A stretch of 64,000 nucleotides of DNA from Cyanobacteriota bacterium (GTDB lineage: Bacteria > Cyanobacteriota > Cyanobacteriia > PCC-6307 > Cyanobiaceae), in the NCBI GenBank assembly GCA_046052125.1, contig JBJOMY010000002.1:416001-480000 (forward strand). Reading direction: 5' to 3'. Positions 29,730 to 40,473 of the stretch are shown here, piece after piece (position 1 is the stretch's first letter; each line of letters begins with the position of its first letter). A model generated the notes under the pieces. It was not told where the DNA came from. It saw nothing but the letters and a program-made list of their open reading frames with translations, and searched no databases. Position numbers and translations under genes: made by a program.

Positions 29730-29841
29730 GAGCAGCGAGCATTCAGCTGGGTGATCCTAGGGCTGCAAAGGCAGCCGCCGGGATCGCGCTGCTGCCTTGG
29801 TTACAGAGGGAAAGGTGGGCTGAGTCCACCCATCCGGGGAT

Positions 29842-30837
29842 TCAGCCCACCCAGCGCAGCAGGGAGCCGCGCTCGCCCAGCACAAAACCTTTGCCGTCAT
29901 CGAGGAAGGCGATGCGGGTGAAGTTGGTGGGTTGCTGCGCCCCCACGGGATCCTTTTGCCAGCTCTTGCCGCCGTCGTTGCTCACCAGCAGGGTGCCGCT
30001 GCCACCACCCGTCCAGATCGATCCGTTGGGATCCCAGGCCATATCGAGATAGCCGTAGCCGTTCACGATCGGCACCACCGGCTTGCTCCAGTCCTCGGGG
30101 TTGCTGCTGTCTTGGTTGAAGCGCAGTTGAGCGCCACGGGCGAGCATCCACAGAGCTCCGTCCGGTTGGAAGCCCATCGACTGCAGTCGCTGGCTGCTCA
30201 CCCGCTGGTGGGGGGTCCACACGGAGTCGCCAGGGTTCCAGGTGGCGAAGAAGTTGCCCAGGCTGCTCACGCTTACGTAGCGGCCGTCGGGGCTGCGGCG
30301 CAGGTCGCGCACGGCGCCGGCGGCATCCTCCACATCCGATTGCCAGGAGTTACCGGCGTCGTTGGTGCGATACACCGCGCCCACGTTGGTGGCCAGCTCA
30401 GCGCGGCTGCTGCCGAGAGCGGTCACCAAATACGGCTCGCCGGGGAGTTTGGTGTCGAGGAACAGGCGGCTCCAGCTCTGGCCGCTGTCGGTGCTGTGGA
30501 GCAGCAGGCCGGGTTGACCCACGATCCAGCCTTCATCACCAGAGAAATCAACGCTGATCAATCGGAAGTTTTCTTCCTCCGGCAGGTCGAGCGCCCGCTC
30601 TTCCCAAGAGGCGCCCCCATCGTTGGTTTCAAGGATCAGCCGGTTGCTGCCCACCAGGAAGCCGTGGCGGCTATCGGTGAAGGCCAGGGCCAGAGGGTTC
30701 GACTTGGTGTGAATGTCGACGGGTTGCCAGGGGCTGGCACTGGCGCTGGGAAGACCGGTGCTGACGCAGCCGCTCAGGCCGAGCGCCAGAACGAGGGAAA
30801 GCGCCAGGGCGCTGAGAGAGGAGAAGAAACGCGACAT
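29842..30837 (-). CDS. ycf48: Photosystem II assembly factor Ycf48/Hcf136 (lipoprotein)
   Basis: Lipobox LSGC and BNR-like repeats (TNDGGASW, STDSGQSW, SNDGGKSW); lies between rubA and psbE. Confidence 0.95.
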   Translation of the reverse strand: MSRFFSSLSALALSLVLALGLSGCVSTGLPSASASPWQPVDIHTKSNPLALAFTDSRHGFLVGSNRLILETNDGGASWEERALDLPEEENFRLISVDFSGDEGWIVGQPGLLLHSTDSGQSWSRLFLDTKLPGEPYLVTALGSSRAELATNVGAVYRTNDAGNSWQSDVEDAAGAVRDLRRSPDGRYVSVSSLGNFFATWNPGDSVWTPHQRVSSQRLQSMGFQPDGALWMLARGAQLRFNQDSSNPEDWSKPVVPIVNGYGYLDMAWDPNGSIWTGGGSGTLLVSNDGGKSWQKDPVGAQQPTNFTRIAFLDDGKGFVLGERGSLLRWVG

Positions 30838-30844
30838 GCCGTGC

Positions 30845-31264
30845 TCAGCGCAGGGAATACAGAGAGAGGAAGAAGGCGAAGGCCAGGGCGAAACCTCCGA
30901 AGATCAGCACATTCTTTTGGCCTGGCGTGAGCTTGTTCACCCCAAGCCCGTAGCCCAGATTTTCTTCGAAGCCGCTTGGTTTGTTGCGGGGGCCGATGTC
31001 CTTGAAGGCCTTGGTCTGGCTGCGGCACACCGGGCAGCGGAACGTGAGCGGATCGAGAGCGCTGAAGGGTGTGCCTGGCTCGATCGCAAGCTTTTTGATC
31101 CCCTCGGCCGGATCGAACACGAAGCCGCAGCTGCGGCACTCGAAGCGGTGGGTATCGGGATCGTCAATCGGCGCTTCAACAGGCGCTTCTGGTGCGGCTA
31201 CGGCAACGGGTTCCTGCTCGGGCTCGCTCGCGGGGGGCTGGTCCTGGATTGGGTCCTCGCTCAC
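30845..31264 (-). CDS. rubA: Membrane-anchored rubredoxin
   Basis: FECRSCGFVFDP...FRCPVC and a C-terminal TM (QKNVLIFGG). GTG start at 31264. Confidence 0.93.
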   Translation of the reverse strand: MSEDPIQDQPPASEPEQEPVAVAAPEAPVEAPIDDPDTHRFECRSCGFVFDPAEGIKKLAIEPGTPFSALDPLTFRCPVCRSQTKAFKDIGPRNKPSGFEENLGYGLGVNKLTPGQKNVLIFGGFALAFAFFLSLYSLR

Positions 31265-31375
31265 GGCATCGACTGCTGGTGGGCGCGACTCTAGGAAGCG
31301 GCTCTTGCCCAGCGATCCAACCCACGCCTGGGCCACGGATGCCAGACTGCCGCGACGGTTGGGCTGATCGCGCCC

Positions 31376-31738
31376 GTGTTCGTTCTCTCTGGCTACGACG
31401 CCTTTCTGGGCTTCCTGCTGATCGCGGCAGCGGTGCCTGTGTTGGCGCTGGTCACCAACAAGGTCTTGTCGCCGAAGTCGCGAACGGGCGAGCGGGATCT
31501 CACCTACGAATCGGGTATGGAGCCCATCGGCGGTGCCTGGATCCAGTTCAACATCCGCTACTACATGTTTGCGCTGGTCTTCGTGATCTTCGACGTGGAG
31601 ACCGTCTTCCTCTACCCGTGGGCTGTGGCCTTCCACCGACTGGGTCTGTTGGCCTTCATTGAGGCCCTCGTGTTCATCGCCATCCTGGTGGTGGCCCTGG
31701 CCTATGCCTGGCGCAAAGGCGCTCTTGAGTGGAGCTGA
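31376..31738 (+). CDS. ndhC: NAD(P)H dehydrogenase subunit 3
   Basis: [40 protein letters not shown]...WRKGALEWS. Confidence 0.98.
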   Translation: MFVLSGYDAFLGFLLIAAAVPVLALVTNKVLSPKSRTGERDLTYESGMEPIGGAWIQFNIRYYMFALVFVIFDVETVFLYPWAVAFHRLGLLAFIEALVFIAILVVALAYAWRKGALEWS

Positions 31739-31744
31739 TCTGAG

Positions 31745-32485
31745 ATGACCCCCTCTTCCGCAACCTCCGCCATGGCTGAGGCCCTCTCCATCAACGCCCT
31801 GCGCGATCAGCGCAGCGCCAGCTGCAACCCGGTGGGCGCTCCCAGCGTGACCTCGGATCTCTCCGAGAACGTGATCCTCACCACCCTCGACGATCTCCAT
31901 AACTGGGCTCGTCTCAGCAGCCTCTGGCCGCTGCTCTACGGAACGGCTTGCTGCTTCATTGAATTTGCGGCGCTGATCGGATCACGCTTCGACTTTGACC
32001 GATTCGGTCTGGTGCCACGCTCCAGCCCGCGCCAGGCCGATCTGCTGATCGTGGCCGGCACGGTGACCATGAAGATGGCTCCTGCTCTGGTGCGCTTGTA
32101 CGAGCAGATGCCAGAGCCGAAATATGTGATCGCCATGGGCGCCTGCACGATCACCGGCGGCATGTTCTCCGCCGACTCCACCACCGCTGTGCGCGGTGTG
32201 GACAAGTTGATTCCCGTGGATCTTTATCTGCCCGGTTGCCCGCCGCGGCCCGAAGCGATCTTCGACGCCGTGATCAAGCTGCGCAAAAAGGTGGGGAATG
32301 AAGCGCTGTCCGAGCGCGGCAATCTGATGCCCACCCATCGCTATCTCACCATTCCCCACCAGCTCAAGGCGGTCGAGCCGATCGTTGACGGCCGCTACCT
32401 CCGCGCTGAAACCCAGAAGGCGGCCCTAGCCGCTGCGGCCGAGTTGCCTGTGGGCGCTGCCATTCCTGCCACCACCACCGCTTGA
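31745..32485 (+). CDS. ndhK: NAD(P)H dehydrogenase subunit K
   Basis: [28 protein letters not shown] and PGCPPRPEA. Confidence 0.98.
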   Translation: MTPSSATSAMAEALSINALRDQRSASCNPVGAPSVTSDLSENVILTTLDDLHNWARLSSLWPLLYGTACCFIEFAALIGSRFDFDRFGLVPRSSPRQADLLIVAGTVTMKMAPALVRLYEQMPEPKYVIAMGACTITGGMFSADSTTAVRGVDKLIPVDLYLPGCPPRPEAIFDAVIKLRKKVGNEALSERGNLMPTHRYLTIPHQLKAVEPIVDGRYLRAETQKAALAAAAELPVGAAIPATTTA

Positions 32486-32488
32486 TCG

Positions 32489-33049
32489 ATGCCTGAGGAC
32501 ACCGCCCCAGCCCAACCCGCGATCACCGCGCCCCAGCCCGGCCCCGTGAGCACCTGGCTGAGCAGTCAGGGTTTCGAGCATGCCCTGCTTGAGCCCGACC
32601 ACCTAGGCGTTGAGGTGATCGGTGTGGAAGCGCCCTTCCTGCCCGTGATCGCTGCAGCGCTCAAAGCCTCCGGCTTCGACTATCTGCAATGCCAGGGCGG
32701 GTACGACGAAGGCCCGGGCGGACGGCTGGTGAGCTTCTACCACTTGGTGAAGCTGGCTGGCTTGGCGGATCAATCCACCGCTTCGCAGCACCTCCCTGGC
32801 GATGTGAAACCGGAAGAGGTGCGCCTCAAGGTGTTCCTGGCCCGTGATGGTGATCTCACCATCCCCAGCCTCTATGGCCTGTTCCGCGGAGCCGATTGGC
32901 AGGAACGGGAAACCTTCGACATGTACGGCATCCGCTTCGAAGGCCATCCCCATCCCAAGCGTCTGTTGATGCCCGAAGACTGGAAGGGTTATCCGATGCG
33001 CAAGGACTACGTGCAGCCCGACTTCTACGAGATGCAGGACGCCTACTAA
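32489..33049 (+). CDS. ndhJ: NAD(P)H dehydrogenase subunit J
   Basis: [38 protein letters not shown] and FYEMQDAY. Confidence 0.97.
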   Translation: MPEDTAPAQPAITAPQPGPVSTWLSSQGFEHALLEPDHLGVEVIGVEAPFLPVIAAALKASGFDYLQCQGGYDEGPGGRLVSFYHLVKLAGLADQSTASQHLPGDVKPEEVRLKVFLARDGDLTIPSLYGLFRGADWQERETFDMYGIRFEGHPHPKRLLMPEDWKGYPMRKDYVQPDFYEMQDAY

Positions 33050-34461
33050 GGGCGTCCTCCCTCCTGCTTCTGCCGTTTGAAGAAGCGCATCACCGCCAGC
33101 GCCACGCTGCGGGGGTCATGCCTCAGGGTGGATGAGGGTCTGGCTCCTTGCATCGGTGCCAGCATCACGTCGTAGCCCTGGCTGCGTAACCGGCGCAGGT
33201 TGCAGGTCACTGGTTCAGCGCCGCGTTGGCGGTAATGGTTCACCAGCGGCGAATCACCCAGGTCCTCCTGGGCGAGCACGGCGCTGAACAAGCGTTGCTG
33301 CACTCCAAGGCTGGCGAGCTGCGCTTCGATCGCCCGCAGGTGCCCCTCCACATCCAGCCCATCGGTTTCACCGGGTTGGGTCATCAGGTTGCAGATGTAG
33401 AGCCTGGGGGCCTTGCTGCGGCTGATCGCTTGCACCAGCTCGGGCACCAGCAGGTTGGGCAGGAGTGAGGTGTAGAGGCTGCCCGGGCCGAGCACGATCA
33501 GATCAGCGTTAGCAATCGCCTCCAGGGCGCGCGGAATCGCAGGGGGACGCTCAGGGGTGCAGCCCAGGCGCACGATCGGGCTGGGGGCATGGCCGATCTG
33601 GGATTCGCCCTCGATGCGGCGGCCGTCTTCCAGTTCCGCCCACAGGCGCACATCCGCACTGGTGGCCGGCACCACCGTGCCCTGAACGGCGAGCACCCGG
33701 CTGCTGGCGGTGATCGCCGATTCCAGGCTGCCGGTGATCGCCGTGAGGGCTGAGAGAAAGAGGTTGCCGAAGCTGTGCCCTTCCAGTCCAGTGCCCGCGC
33801 GGAAGCGGTATTGGAACAGGCGCGTGAGAAGCGGTTCCTCGGTGGCCAGAGCGGCCAGGCAGTTGCGGATGTCGCCAGGGGGTAGCACGCCCAGCTCCCG
33901 CCGCAGCACCCCGGAACTGCCGCCGTCGTCCGCCACCGTGACGATCGCGGTGAGGTTGCTGCTGTAGCGCTTCAGGCCGCTGAGCAGGGTGGAGAGCCCG
34001 GTGCCGCCGCCGATGGCCACGATCGATGGGCCGCGGTTGAGGCGTCGCTTGGCTGCCAGAGCGTCCACCAGCAGCGTGTCCTTTTCCGGGGCCAGCGCTT
34101 TTTGAATTGTGCCGAAGCTGCGGCTCTGGCCCAGCCAGATCAGGCCGCCGCCCACCAGCAACACCAACGGACCGGTGATTTCCCTTGGCAACACCTGCGT
34201 GAGGTTCTGCAGCATCCAGCGGATCGCTTGCAACAACCAATAGATCGGTTGCAGGTCAGCCCAGACGGCCGCTCCGAGCAGGGCCAGCAATAGGCCGATG
34301 CCGGAGGTGAGCATCCAGCGCTTCACCACTAGCCCCGGTTGCAGCCAGCGGGCCGCCCGCCGCGAGCGACTCACCAGATCCTGCTGGCGAAGATCTCCTC
34401 GCCCAACCCAGCTGGGGCGGGGTGTGGTGCGATGGCTGCTGCGTGGGATTCGAGCGCGCAT
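33046..34461 (-). CDS. YvcK/CofD-like (UPF0052) protein with N-terminal TM region
   Basis: [46 protein letters not shown] and NLMTQPGET. Start uncertain. Confidence 0.9.
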   Translation of the reverse strand: MRARIPRSSHRTTPRPSWVGRGDLRQQDLVSRSRRAARWLQPGLVVKRWMLTSGIGLLLALLGAAVWADLQPIYWLLQAIRWMLQNLTQVLPREITGPLVLLVGGGLIWLGQSRSFGTIQKALAPEKDTLLVDALAAKRRLNRGPSIVAIGGGTGLSTLLSGLKRYSSNLTAIVTVADDGGSSGVLRRELGVLPPGDIRNCLAALATEEPLLTRLFQYRFRAGTGLEGHSFGNLFLSALTAITGSLESAITASSRVLAVQGTVVPATSADVRLWAELEDGRRIEGESQIGHAPSPIVRLGCTPERPPAIPRALEAIANADLIVLGPGSLYTSLLPNLLVPELVQAISRSKAPRLYICNLMTQPGETDGLDVEGHLRAIEAQLASLGVQQRLFSAVLAQEDLGDSPLVNHYRQRGAEPVTCNLRRLRSQGYDVMLAPMQGARPSSTLRHDPRSVALAVMRFFKRQKQEGGRP

Positions 34462-34531
34462 CACCCCAGGAGAGTGCTGGAACTGTACGGAGAAACCGCC
34501 AAGATGGCCCGGTTGCCTGTGTGAGTGTCCG

Positions 34532-35311
34532 GTGCCCGCACCCCTGGTGGAACTGCACGACGTGAGCGTGCGATGGGGCAGCAAAACCGTATTGAGCGAC
34601 GTGGATCTAGAGCTCCATCCGGGCGAGCGGCTGGCGGTGGTGGGCCCCTCCGGTGCGGGCAAATCCACGATCCTGCGGTTGTTGGCCGGCTTGCTGCTCC
34701 CCAGCAGCGGTGAGCTACGGATCGGTGGGGTTCCTCAGCGCTACCTGCGGTTGGATCAGCGCCATCCCCCGGATGTGCGCCTGGTGTTTCAGAACCCGGC
34801 TCTACTCGCCTCCCTCACCGTGCGCGAAAACGTGGGGTTTCTGTTGGATCGCTTTAGCCGCATGAGCGAAGCCGAGATCCGCGAGCGGGTGGGCTTGGCG
34901 CTTGATGCTGTGGGTTTGGCCGGAACCGAAGACCTTTACCCCGGCGAATTGAGCGGCGGCATGCAGAAGCGGGTGAGTTTTGCCCGGGCGGTGATCGATG
35001 ACCCCAGCCAGCCCGAGGGGAACCCGCCGCTGCTGCTCTTCGATGAACCCACCGCCGGCCTCGATCCGGTGGCTTGTACGCGCATCGAAGATCTGATTGT
35101 GCAAACCACCAACATTGCCCGCGGTACCTCCGTGGTGGTCAGTCACGTGATGAGCACGATCCTGCGGGCGGCCGATCGTGTTGTTCTTCTCTACGACGGT
35201 CTGTTTCGTTGGCAGGGTTCTGTGGCCGACTTTCAGACCACCAACAATCCCTATGTACTTCAGTTCCGCACCGCTAGTCTCAGCGGACCGATGCAGCCGG
35301 CGGAGCTCTGA
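34532..35311 (+). CDS. ABC transporter ATPase, MlaF/TGD3-like
   Basis: GPSGAGKST, ELSGGMQKRVSFARA and DEPTAGLDP; followed by an MCE gene. Confidence 0.9.
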   Translation: MPAPLVELHDVSVRWGSKTVLSDVDLELHPGERLAVVGPSGAGKSTILRLLAGLLLPSSGELRIGGVPQRYLRLDQRHPPDVRLVFQNPALLASLTVRENVGFLLDRFSRMSEAEIRERVGLALDAVGLAGTEDLYPGELSGGMQKRVSFARAVIDDPSQPEGNPPLLLFDEPTAGLDPVACTRIEDLIVQTTNIARGTSVVVSHVMSTILRAADRVVLLYDGLFRWQGSVADFQTTNNPYVLQFRTASLSGPMQPAEL

Positions 35312-35316
35312 GATCC

Positions 35317-36201
35317 ATGCGCCGCAGTGTTCGAGAAGCAATCGTTGGCTTCACCTTGATTGCGGCGGTGGCTGGAACAGGCTTGTTCTGGTTGTGGCTG
35401 CGTGGTGTGTCCGTGGCCAGTCGTACCTGGCGTTTTCAGGTGAGTTTTTCCGACGCTGCCGGTTTGGCTGAGCGCTCGGCGGTGACCTATCGCGGCGTCT
35501 TGGTCGGCACGGTGAACAAGCTCACCACCACCTCCAATGCGGTGCTCGCTGAGGTGGAGATCAATGATCCCGGCCTGCAGCTACCGATGCCGCTGGTGGC
35601 CCAGGTGCAGGAACCGTCGCTCTTGGGTGGATCAGCTGTCGTCGCGCTGATTGCCCCGGCCCGTCCACTCCCGCCTGGCACCCCCAAGCCAGTCGCAGCC
35701 AACTGCAACCCAGCCCTCACCGTCTGTCCGGGCATGACCTTGAACGGCCTCAGCGCCGCCAGCATCGCCAGCCTCACGGTGTCGATGCAGAAGCTGCTCG
35801 AGCAGGTGGAGCGCGAAAAGTTGGTGCCCGAACTGGCTAAAACCACCCGCAGTTTTGACACCACCTCCAAAGAGGCCACCAAGTTCATGGTGGATGGTCA
35901 GCGCCTGATCAAGGAGCTGGAGCAGGCGGTGAACAGCGCCCAACCCACCATCGACAACCTCAACGCCTCAACGGCGAATATTCGCAATATCACCCGCGCG
36001 CTCGATAACCCCAAAACGCTGTCGGAGCTCAAAACCACCGTGACCAACGCGGAGAAACTCACGGCCCGCTGGAATGAAGTGGGCGGCGATGTGGAGAAAC
36101 TCACCGCCGATCCCCGCTTCATGAATGGCCTGCGCAGCGTGAGCATTGGCCTGGGCAAGTTTTTCGATGAGCTCTACCCCGCCCAGACCGGCAAGCGCTA
36201 A
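35317..36201 (+). CDS. MlaD/MCE-domain protein (TGD2/Ycf22-like)
   Basis: N-terminal TM followed by FSDAAGL...[11 protein letters not shown] (MCE motif) and a helical tail. Confidence 0.9.
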   Translation: MRRSVREAIVGFTLIAAVAGTGLFWLWLRGVSVASRTWRFQVSFSDAAGLAERSAVTYRGVLVGTVNKLTTTSNAVLAEVEINDPGLQLPMPLVAQVQEPSLLGGSAVVALIAPARPLPPGTPKPVAANCNPALTVCPGMTLNGLSAASIASLTVSMQKLLEQVEREKLVPELAKTTRSFDTTSKEATKFMVDGQRLIKELEQAVNSAQPTIDNLNASTANIRNITRALDNPKTLSELKTTVTNAEKLTARWNEVGGDVEKLTADPRFMNGLRSVSIGLGKFFDELYPAQTGKR

Positions 36202-38330
36202 ACCCCGCTGATCGCTTCCATGGCAATCGCCGCGATCGCCTGATCGCTGGCCTTGGGCAGCTGCACGTATTTGCCACCGGCGGCATCGGCGAGGTCTTTG
36301 CCCATGCCGCTGCCGATGAATTTGCGCTCGGTGTCGATCACCAGCAGCTTGATCCCGAGGGCGCGGTAGCGGCTGGCCACCTGCTTCACCTCCTCCTTGA
36401 GGTCTACGGGTTCCTCGCCTTCCAGTTCTGGCTGCCCAAGGGAGCGGCCGAGGGGCACGTTGCCGCGGCCGTCGGTGATCGCCACCACCACCACCTGGCC
36501 GAGATCGCCGGTGGCCAGGGCATTGGCCCCCACCCGGGCGGCCTGGGAGAGGCCGTGGGCCAAGGGTGAACCGCCGCCGCAGGGCATGGATTCGAGGCGC
36601 CGGCGCGCGGCGGTGATCGAGCGGGTGGGGGGCAGCAACACCTCCGCGGCTTCGCCGCGGAAGGGAATCAGGGCTACCTCGTCGCGGTTTTCGTAGGCCT
36701 CGGTGAGCAGGCGGATCACGGCGCCCTTGGCGCTCTGCATCCGGTTGAGCGCCATCGAGCCGCTGGCATCCACCAGGAAGATCACCAGGGCGCCGGCCTT
36801 GCGTTGCAGCTGCTTGGCCCGCAGGTCGCCGTCTTCCACCACCACCTTCCGGTGGGGCTCCCGTTCGCGCCGGGTTTTCTGATAAGGCGCTGCAGCCCGC
36901 AGGGTGGCGTCCACGGCGATGCGCTTCACCGGGCCGCGGGGGAGCATCGGCTTCACGTAGCGGCCGCGCGAATCGCTGAACACCACGGCGCGGCTGCCGC
37001 TGCCGCCGCTCTTGGCCTTGCCGGCGTTGAACAGCAGCAGGTCGGGATCGATGGCGGTGGCCTCTGGATCCAGCAGGAATTCCTCCGGGATCGACGGGGG
37101 CGCCTGATCCTCAGGGCTGTCGTCTTCGTCGTTGTTGTCGTCTTCGGGCTCGTCGGGCTCCTGCTCGTTCTCAGGCTGCTCGGGCTCCTCAGGCGGTTGT
37201 TCGCCCTGCGGGGGCGGCGGCGGCGGGGGCTCCATCGGCTGATCGGGATCAGGCGGCGGCAGCTGCAGGGCGCGGGGAGCGATCACCAGGCGCACTGCCA
37301 CCTGCAGGTCGTCGGCCTCGACTCGATCGCGGCCGCTGAGGGCGGCATGGGCACGGGCGACGCGCACGGCATAGAGCTCGCTGCGGTGGCCCTCCACGCC
37401 GCCCCGCAGGGCTTCATTCACTAGGTAGGCAATTTGTTCGCGCGTGATCTGTACATCCGGCAGCCACTGGCGGGCCAGCAACAGCTGGGTGGCCAGGGCG
37501 TCGGTGTCCTCCTGGAAGCGGGCGGCGAAGGCCTGGGTGGATTCGGCATGGCCGATGGCGCTGCGGGCGATCTCCACCCGTTGATCCAGCTCAAGCACCT
37601 GGTTGGCTGAGAGGGCGATCGCAAAGCGATCGAGCAGGTGGTCGCGCACCGCTCCCTCTTCAGGGTTGTAGGTGGCGATCAGCAGGCAACGGCAGGGGTG
37701 GCTGAGGCTCAGGCCCTCGCGCTCGATCCGGTTCTCGCCGCTGCCGACAGCCGCTAGCAGCAGGTTGGTGATGTTGTCGTCGAGCAGGTTGAGCTCGTCG
37801 ACGTAGAGCACGCCCCGGTGTGCTTCGGCCAACAGGCCCGGCTGGAACACGGCCTGGCCGTTGGCCAGCGACGCGGTCACGTCCACCGACCCGACCAAGC
37901 GGTCTTCCGTGATTCCCAGCGGCACCTGCACAAACGGCGCCGGAATCACCTTGGTGGGCAGCAGCACCCCTGCATCGTTGCCGCTGGGATCGGCCCCCAG
38001 CTCGGTGAGGCGGCGGCGGGTGGGCTCGTCCCAGTCGTCGGGGCGCTGCGGGTCGATGTTGAGCGCCGCCGGGGCCGGCTGGCCCGCGGGTGCGGTGCCC
38101 AGATCGAGCACATCGATCGGCGGCAGCAGGGCGTGCAGCCCCCGCGCCAAGACTGATTTACCGGTGCCGCGGCCGCCGGCGATCACCACGCCGCCCAGGC
38201 CCGGATCCACCGCCGCCAACAGCAGCGCCAGCTTCAGGGTGCCGTGGCCAGTGATGGCCGCCAGCGGAAAGGCCCGGGCCGCAGCGTCGCTGATGGCAGT
38301 TCCGCTTGCAACCGATCCACTTGCAACCAT
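36198..38330 (-). CDS. chlD: Magnesium chelatase subunit D
   Basis: AAA domain ([16 protein letters not shown]), Pro/acidic linker, and vWA domain with VDASGSM MIDAS motif. Confidence 0.97.
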   Translation of the reverse strand: MVASGSVASGTAISDAAARAFPLAAITGHGTLKLALLLAAVDPGLGGVVIAGGRGTGKSVLARGLHALLPPIDVLDLGTAPAGQPAPAALNIDPQRPDDWDEPTRRRLTELGADPSGNDAGVLLPTKVIPAPFVQVPLGITEDRLVGSVDVTASLANGQAVFQPGLLAEAHRGVLYVDELNLLDDNITNLLLAAVGSGENRIEREGLSLSHPCRCLLIATYNPEEGAVRDHLLDRFAIALSANQVLELDQRVEIARSAIGHAESTQAFAARFQEDTDALATQLLLARQWLPDVQITREQIAYLVNEALRGGVEGHRSELYAVRVARAHAALSGRDRVEADDLQVAVRLVIAPRALQLPPPDPDQPMEPPPPPPPQGEQPPEEPEQPENEQEPDEPEDDNNDEDDSPEDQAPPSIPEEFLLDPEATAIDPDLLLFNAGKAKSGGSGSRAVVFSDSRGRYVKPMLPRGPVKRIAVDATLRAAAPYQKTRREREPHRKVVVEDGDLRAKQLQRKAGALVIFLVDASGSMALNRMQSAKGAVIRLLTEAYENRDEVALIPFRGEAAEVLLPPTRSITAARRRLESMPCGGGSPLAHGLSQAARVGANALATGDLGQVVVVAITDGRGNVPLGRSLGQPELEGEEPVDLKEEVKQVASRYRALGIKLLVIDTERKFIGSGMGKDLADAAGGKYVQLPKASDQAIAAIAMEAISGV

Positions 38331-38350
38331 GGAGTGGCCTGAGCCCTTGA

Positions 38351-38965
38351 GTGGTGCGCGTCAGTCTCGCTGATCAGGGCAGCTCAGGCGGCCCCGAGGC
38401 CACGGCGCAGTTGGCGATTGGCCTGGGCGCCAACCTGCCCAGTGCCGCCGGTGGTCCGATCGACACCCTCGTTGCGGTACGCCCCCTTCTGGCGCAGCTG
38501 TTCCAGAGCTGGGCGCCGCAAACTTGCTGGCTGCGATGGTCGCCGCTGTTCCGCACAGCACCAGTGGGCGGCCCCCCCGGCCAGCCGGATTATCTGAACG
38601 CTGCTGTGGTGGCCGAGGTGGCGCTTGCGCCCACCCCTCCCGCTGCTCTGGTTCTCCTGGCAGGTCTGCAGCAGCTGGAGCGTGCCTTTGGCCGTGAGCG
38701 GTTGGAACACTGGGGGCCCCGCACCCTCGATCTGGATTTGCTGTGGTGGGGTGATTTGCAGTGCGATCTCCCGGCGTTGCAGCTCCCCCACCCCCGCTGG
38801 CATCAGCGCGGATTTGTGCTGGCTCCGCTCCTGACGATTGAGTGCAGCAGCAACTCCCCCTTGCGAGTGCCTGCGCGTTTCGCTCCGCTTTCCGGCTTGC
38901 GACCCGATCCCCAGGAGCCACCGCCTCAGCCCCTCAGCCCCAAGCCGCTTGGCTGGCCTGCCTGA
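38351..38965 (+). CDS. folK: HPPK (2-amino-4-hydroxy-6-hydroxymethyldihydropteridine diphosphokinase)
   Basis: [32 protein letters not shown] and RGFVLAPL. Confidence 0.94.
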   Translation: MVRVSLADQGSSGGPEATAQLAIGLGANLPSAAGGPIDTLVAVRPLLAQLFQSWAPQTCWLRWSPLFRTAPVGGPPGQPDYLNAAVVAEVALAPTPPAALVLLAGLQQLERAFGRERLEHWGPRTLDLDLLWWGDLQCDLPALQLPHPRWHQRGFVLAPLLTIECSSNSPLRVPARFAPLSGLRPDPQEPPPQPLSPKPLGWPA

Positions 38966-39002
38966 GCGGATCAGGTCGATCGGCGCTTAGCCGGGATGGC
39001 TT

Positions 39003-39401
39003 TCACCACAGGGTGCGGACACTCCGATCGTGCAGGGCGGGGTCGTGGCTCACGAGCGTGAGGTTCTCGATCTGAGCCTGCGCCAGCAGCAGGCTTCCCA
39101 CCGGGTCTGGTGGCTGGGAGCGCGACGCTGAGCGCCACTGCCCTGCAAGCAAGCTGTGGCGTGCCGTGATGGGTAACAGTTCAGAGCCTTCTTGGCTGAT
39201 CAGCTCCGGCAGCTGCCAGATCACCGGTGTCAGCTCCGGGAGCTTGCGCGCCTGCTCAGCGCTGCTGAGCTCCCACAGGCTGGCCACGCTCACCAACACA
39301 AGCTGTTCTGGATCGGCCAGGTGTTGCCTGACCCGCGGCGAGAGCAGCTGTGGACAGCACCACCACCACAGCAGGACATGACTGTCGAGCAGGAGCTTCA
39401 T
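39003..39401 (-). CDS. PIN-domain VapC-family toxin (apparently degenerate active site)
   Basis: MKLLLDSHVLLWW, VSVASLWE, LLAQAQIENLTLVSHD and terminal TLW. The usual DPFDR motif reads DPVGS here. Confidence 0.82.
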   Translation of the reverse strand: MKLLLDSHVLLWWWCCPQLLSPRVRQHLADPEQLVLVSVASLWELSSAEQARKLPELTPVIWQLPELISQEGSELLPITARHSLLAGQWRSASRSQPPDPVGSLLLAQAQIENLTLVSHDPALHDRSVRTLW

Positions 39402-39628
39402 GGCCGCAGCAGGATGCGTGGTTCTCCCAAGGGGCCCAGCCAGCGCAGCCGCCCAGGGACTCGCTGCGGCGTCTGATCCTGTGCGGCTACCGCCAGGGGG
39501 ACGAGCAGGGCCCAGGGCTGGCCATATTTCATCAGCACAAACCGCTCGCCTGCATGGGCTCGATCCATCAGTTCAGCCAGGTTCTGACGGGCGGCATGGG
39601 CGTTGATGCGTTGCGGGAGTTCCGTCAT
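39398..39628 (-). CDS. Phd/YefM-family antitoxin
   Basis: MTELPQRINAHAARQNLAELMDRAHAGERFVLMKYGQPWALLVP fits the Phd pattern. ATGA overlap with the PIN gene. Confidence 0.8.
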   Translation of the reverse strand: MTELPQRINAHAARQNLAELMDRAHAGERFVLMKYGQPWALLVPLAVAAQDQTPQRVPGRLRWLGPLGEPRILLRP

Positions 39629-39716
39629 GGGGACTGGCCGGGGCGGTGTGCTGGTCTGGCGGGGGCAGGGTTGCCTTGGTGAAGAGTCCTCTGGTGTTGG
39701 TGTTGCAGGGGTTCTC

Positions 39717-39758
39717 CAACAGTGCGACCACTTTTTTCTGAATGTGGTCGCACTGTTG
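39717..39758. repeat. Perfect 15-bp inverted repeat with 12-nt spacer
   Basis: CAACAGTGCGACCAC (39717-39731), TTTTTTCTGAAT, GTGGTCGCACTGTTG (39744-39758). Confidence 0.95.
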
Positions 39759-39912
39759 AAGCGCGTTGAGAGCGTCTGGCGGGGCTCACAACCAACGGCG
39801 GACTCGGGCTGATCCATCACTGCGCCACGGCTTGAGTGTTCCCCAGGTCCTCGGCAGTGGGACCGTGATGGGCCCCTGCGAAGCTGGCCTGATCGAATGT
39901 TGGACCGCCGCC

Positions 39913-40473
39913 ATGGCGCCCCTGCCCGCCCCAGAGCCTGCGCGCCACCTGGAGACCACCGCCAGCCTTGATGCGCGGAAGCTGCGCTTCGAGATCAATC
40001 GCGTGGAGCTGCCGATGGGGGTGGAGGGCAGCTTTGGGGTGATCAAGCACCCCGGTGCCTCCCTGGCGGTGCCGTTGCTCGACGACGGCCGTGTGGTGGT
40101 GCTGCGTCAGTACCGCTTTGCGGTGGCCACGCGGTTGCTCGAGTTTCCTGCCGGCACGCTCGATCCAGGCGAGACGCCGCTCTCCACCATGCAGCGGGAG
40201 CTGCAGGAGGAGGCTGGCTACAGCGCCAGCCGCTGGGATGAACTGGGCGCGATGTTGCCGTGTCCGGGCTACTCCGATGAGGTGATCTATCTCTTTTTGG
40301 CCCGCGAGCTCACGGAGCTCAGCGAGCGGCCGGCCGGCGATGACGATGAAGACCTCGAGGTGGTGCTGATGACCCCGGCGGAGCTCGATGCCGCCATCGC
40401 CAGCGGTGATGAATACCTCGACGGCAAGAGCATCACCGCCTGGTTCCGGGCCAAGCAGCTGCTGGGGCTCTGA
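39913..40473 (+). CDS. NUDIX hydrolase (ADP-ribose pyrophosphatase-like)
   Basis: RQYRF, EFPAGTLDPGETPLSTMQRELQEEAGY (Nudix box) and PGYSDE. Confidence 0.92.
   Translation: MAPLPAPEPARHLETTASLDARKLRFEINRVELPMGVEGSFGVIKHPGASLAVPLLDDGRVVVLRQYRFAVATRLLEFPAGTLDPGETPLSTMQRELQEEAGYSASRWDELGAMLPCPGYSDEVIYLFLARELTELSERPAGDDDEDLEVVLMTPAELDAAIASGDEYLDGKSITAWFRAKQLLGL

Noticed and set aside
37080..37265. Low-complexity Pro/Glu/Asp-coding tract
   Set aside because: It is the normal ChlD linker.
39710..39765. Palindrome A as an integron attC site (flanked by ..CCAAC and GTTGAAG)
   Set aside because: It is shorter than typical attC sites, the stem is perfect with no extrahelical bases, the R boxes deviate from RYYYAAC/GTTRRRY, palindrome B lacks AAC/GTT, and there is no integrase or cassette array.
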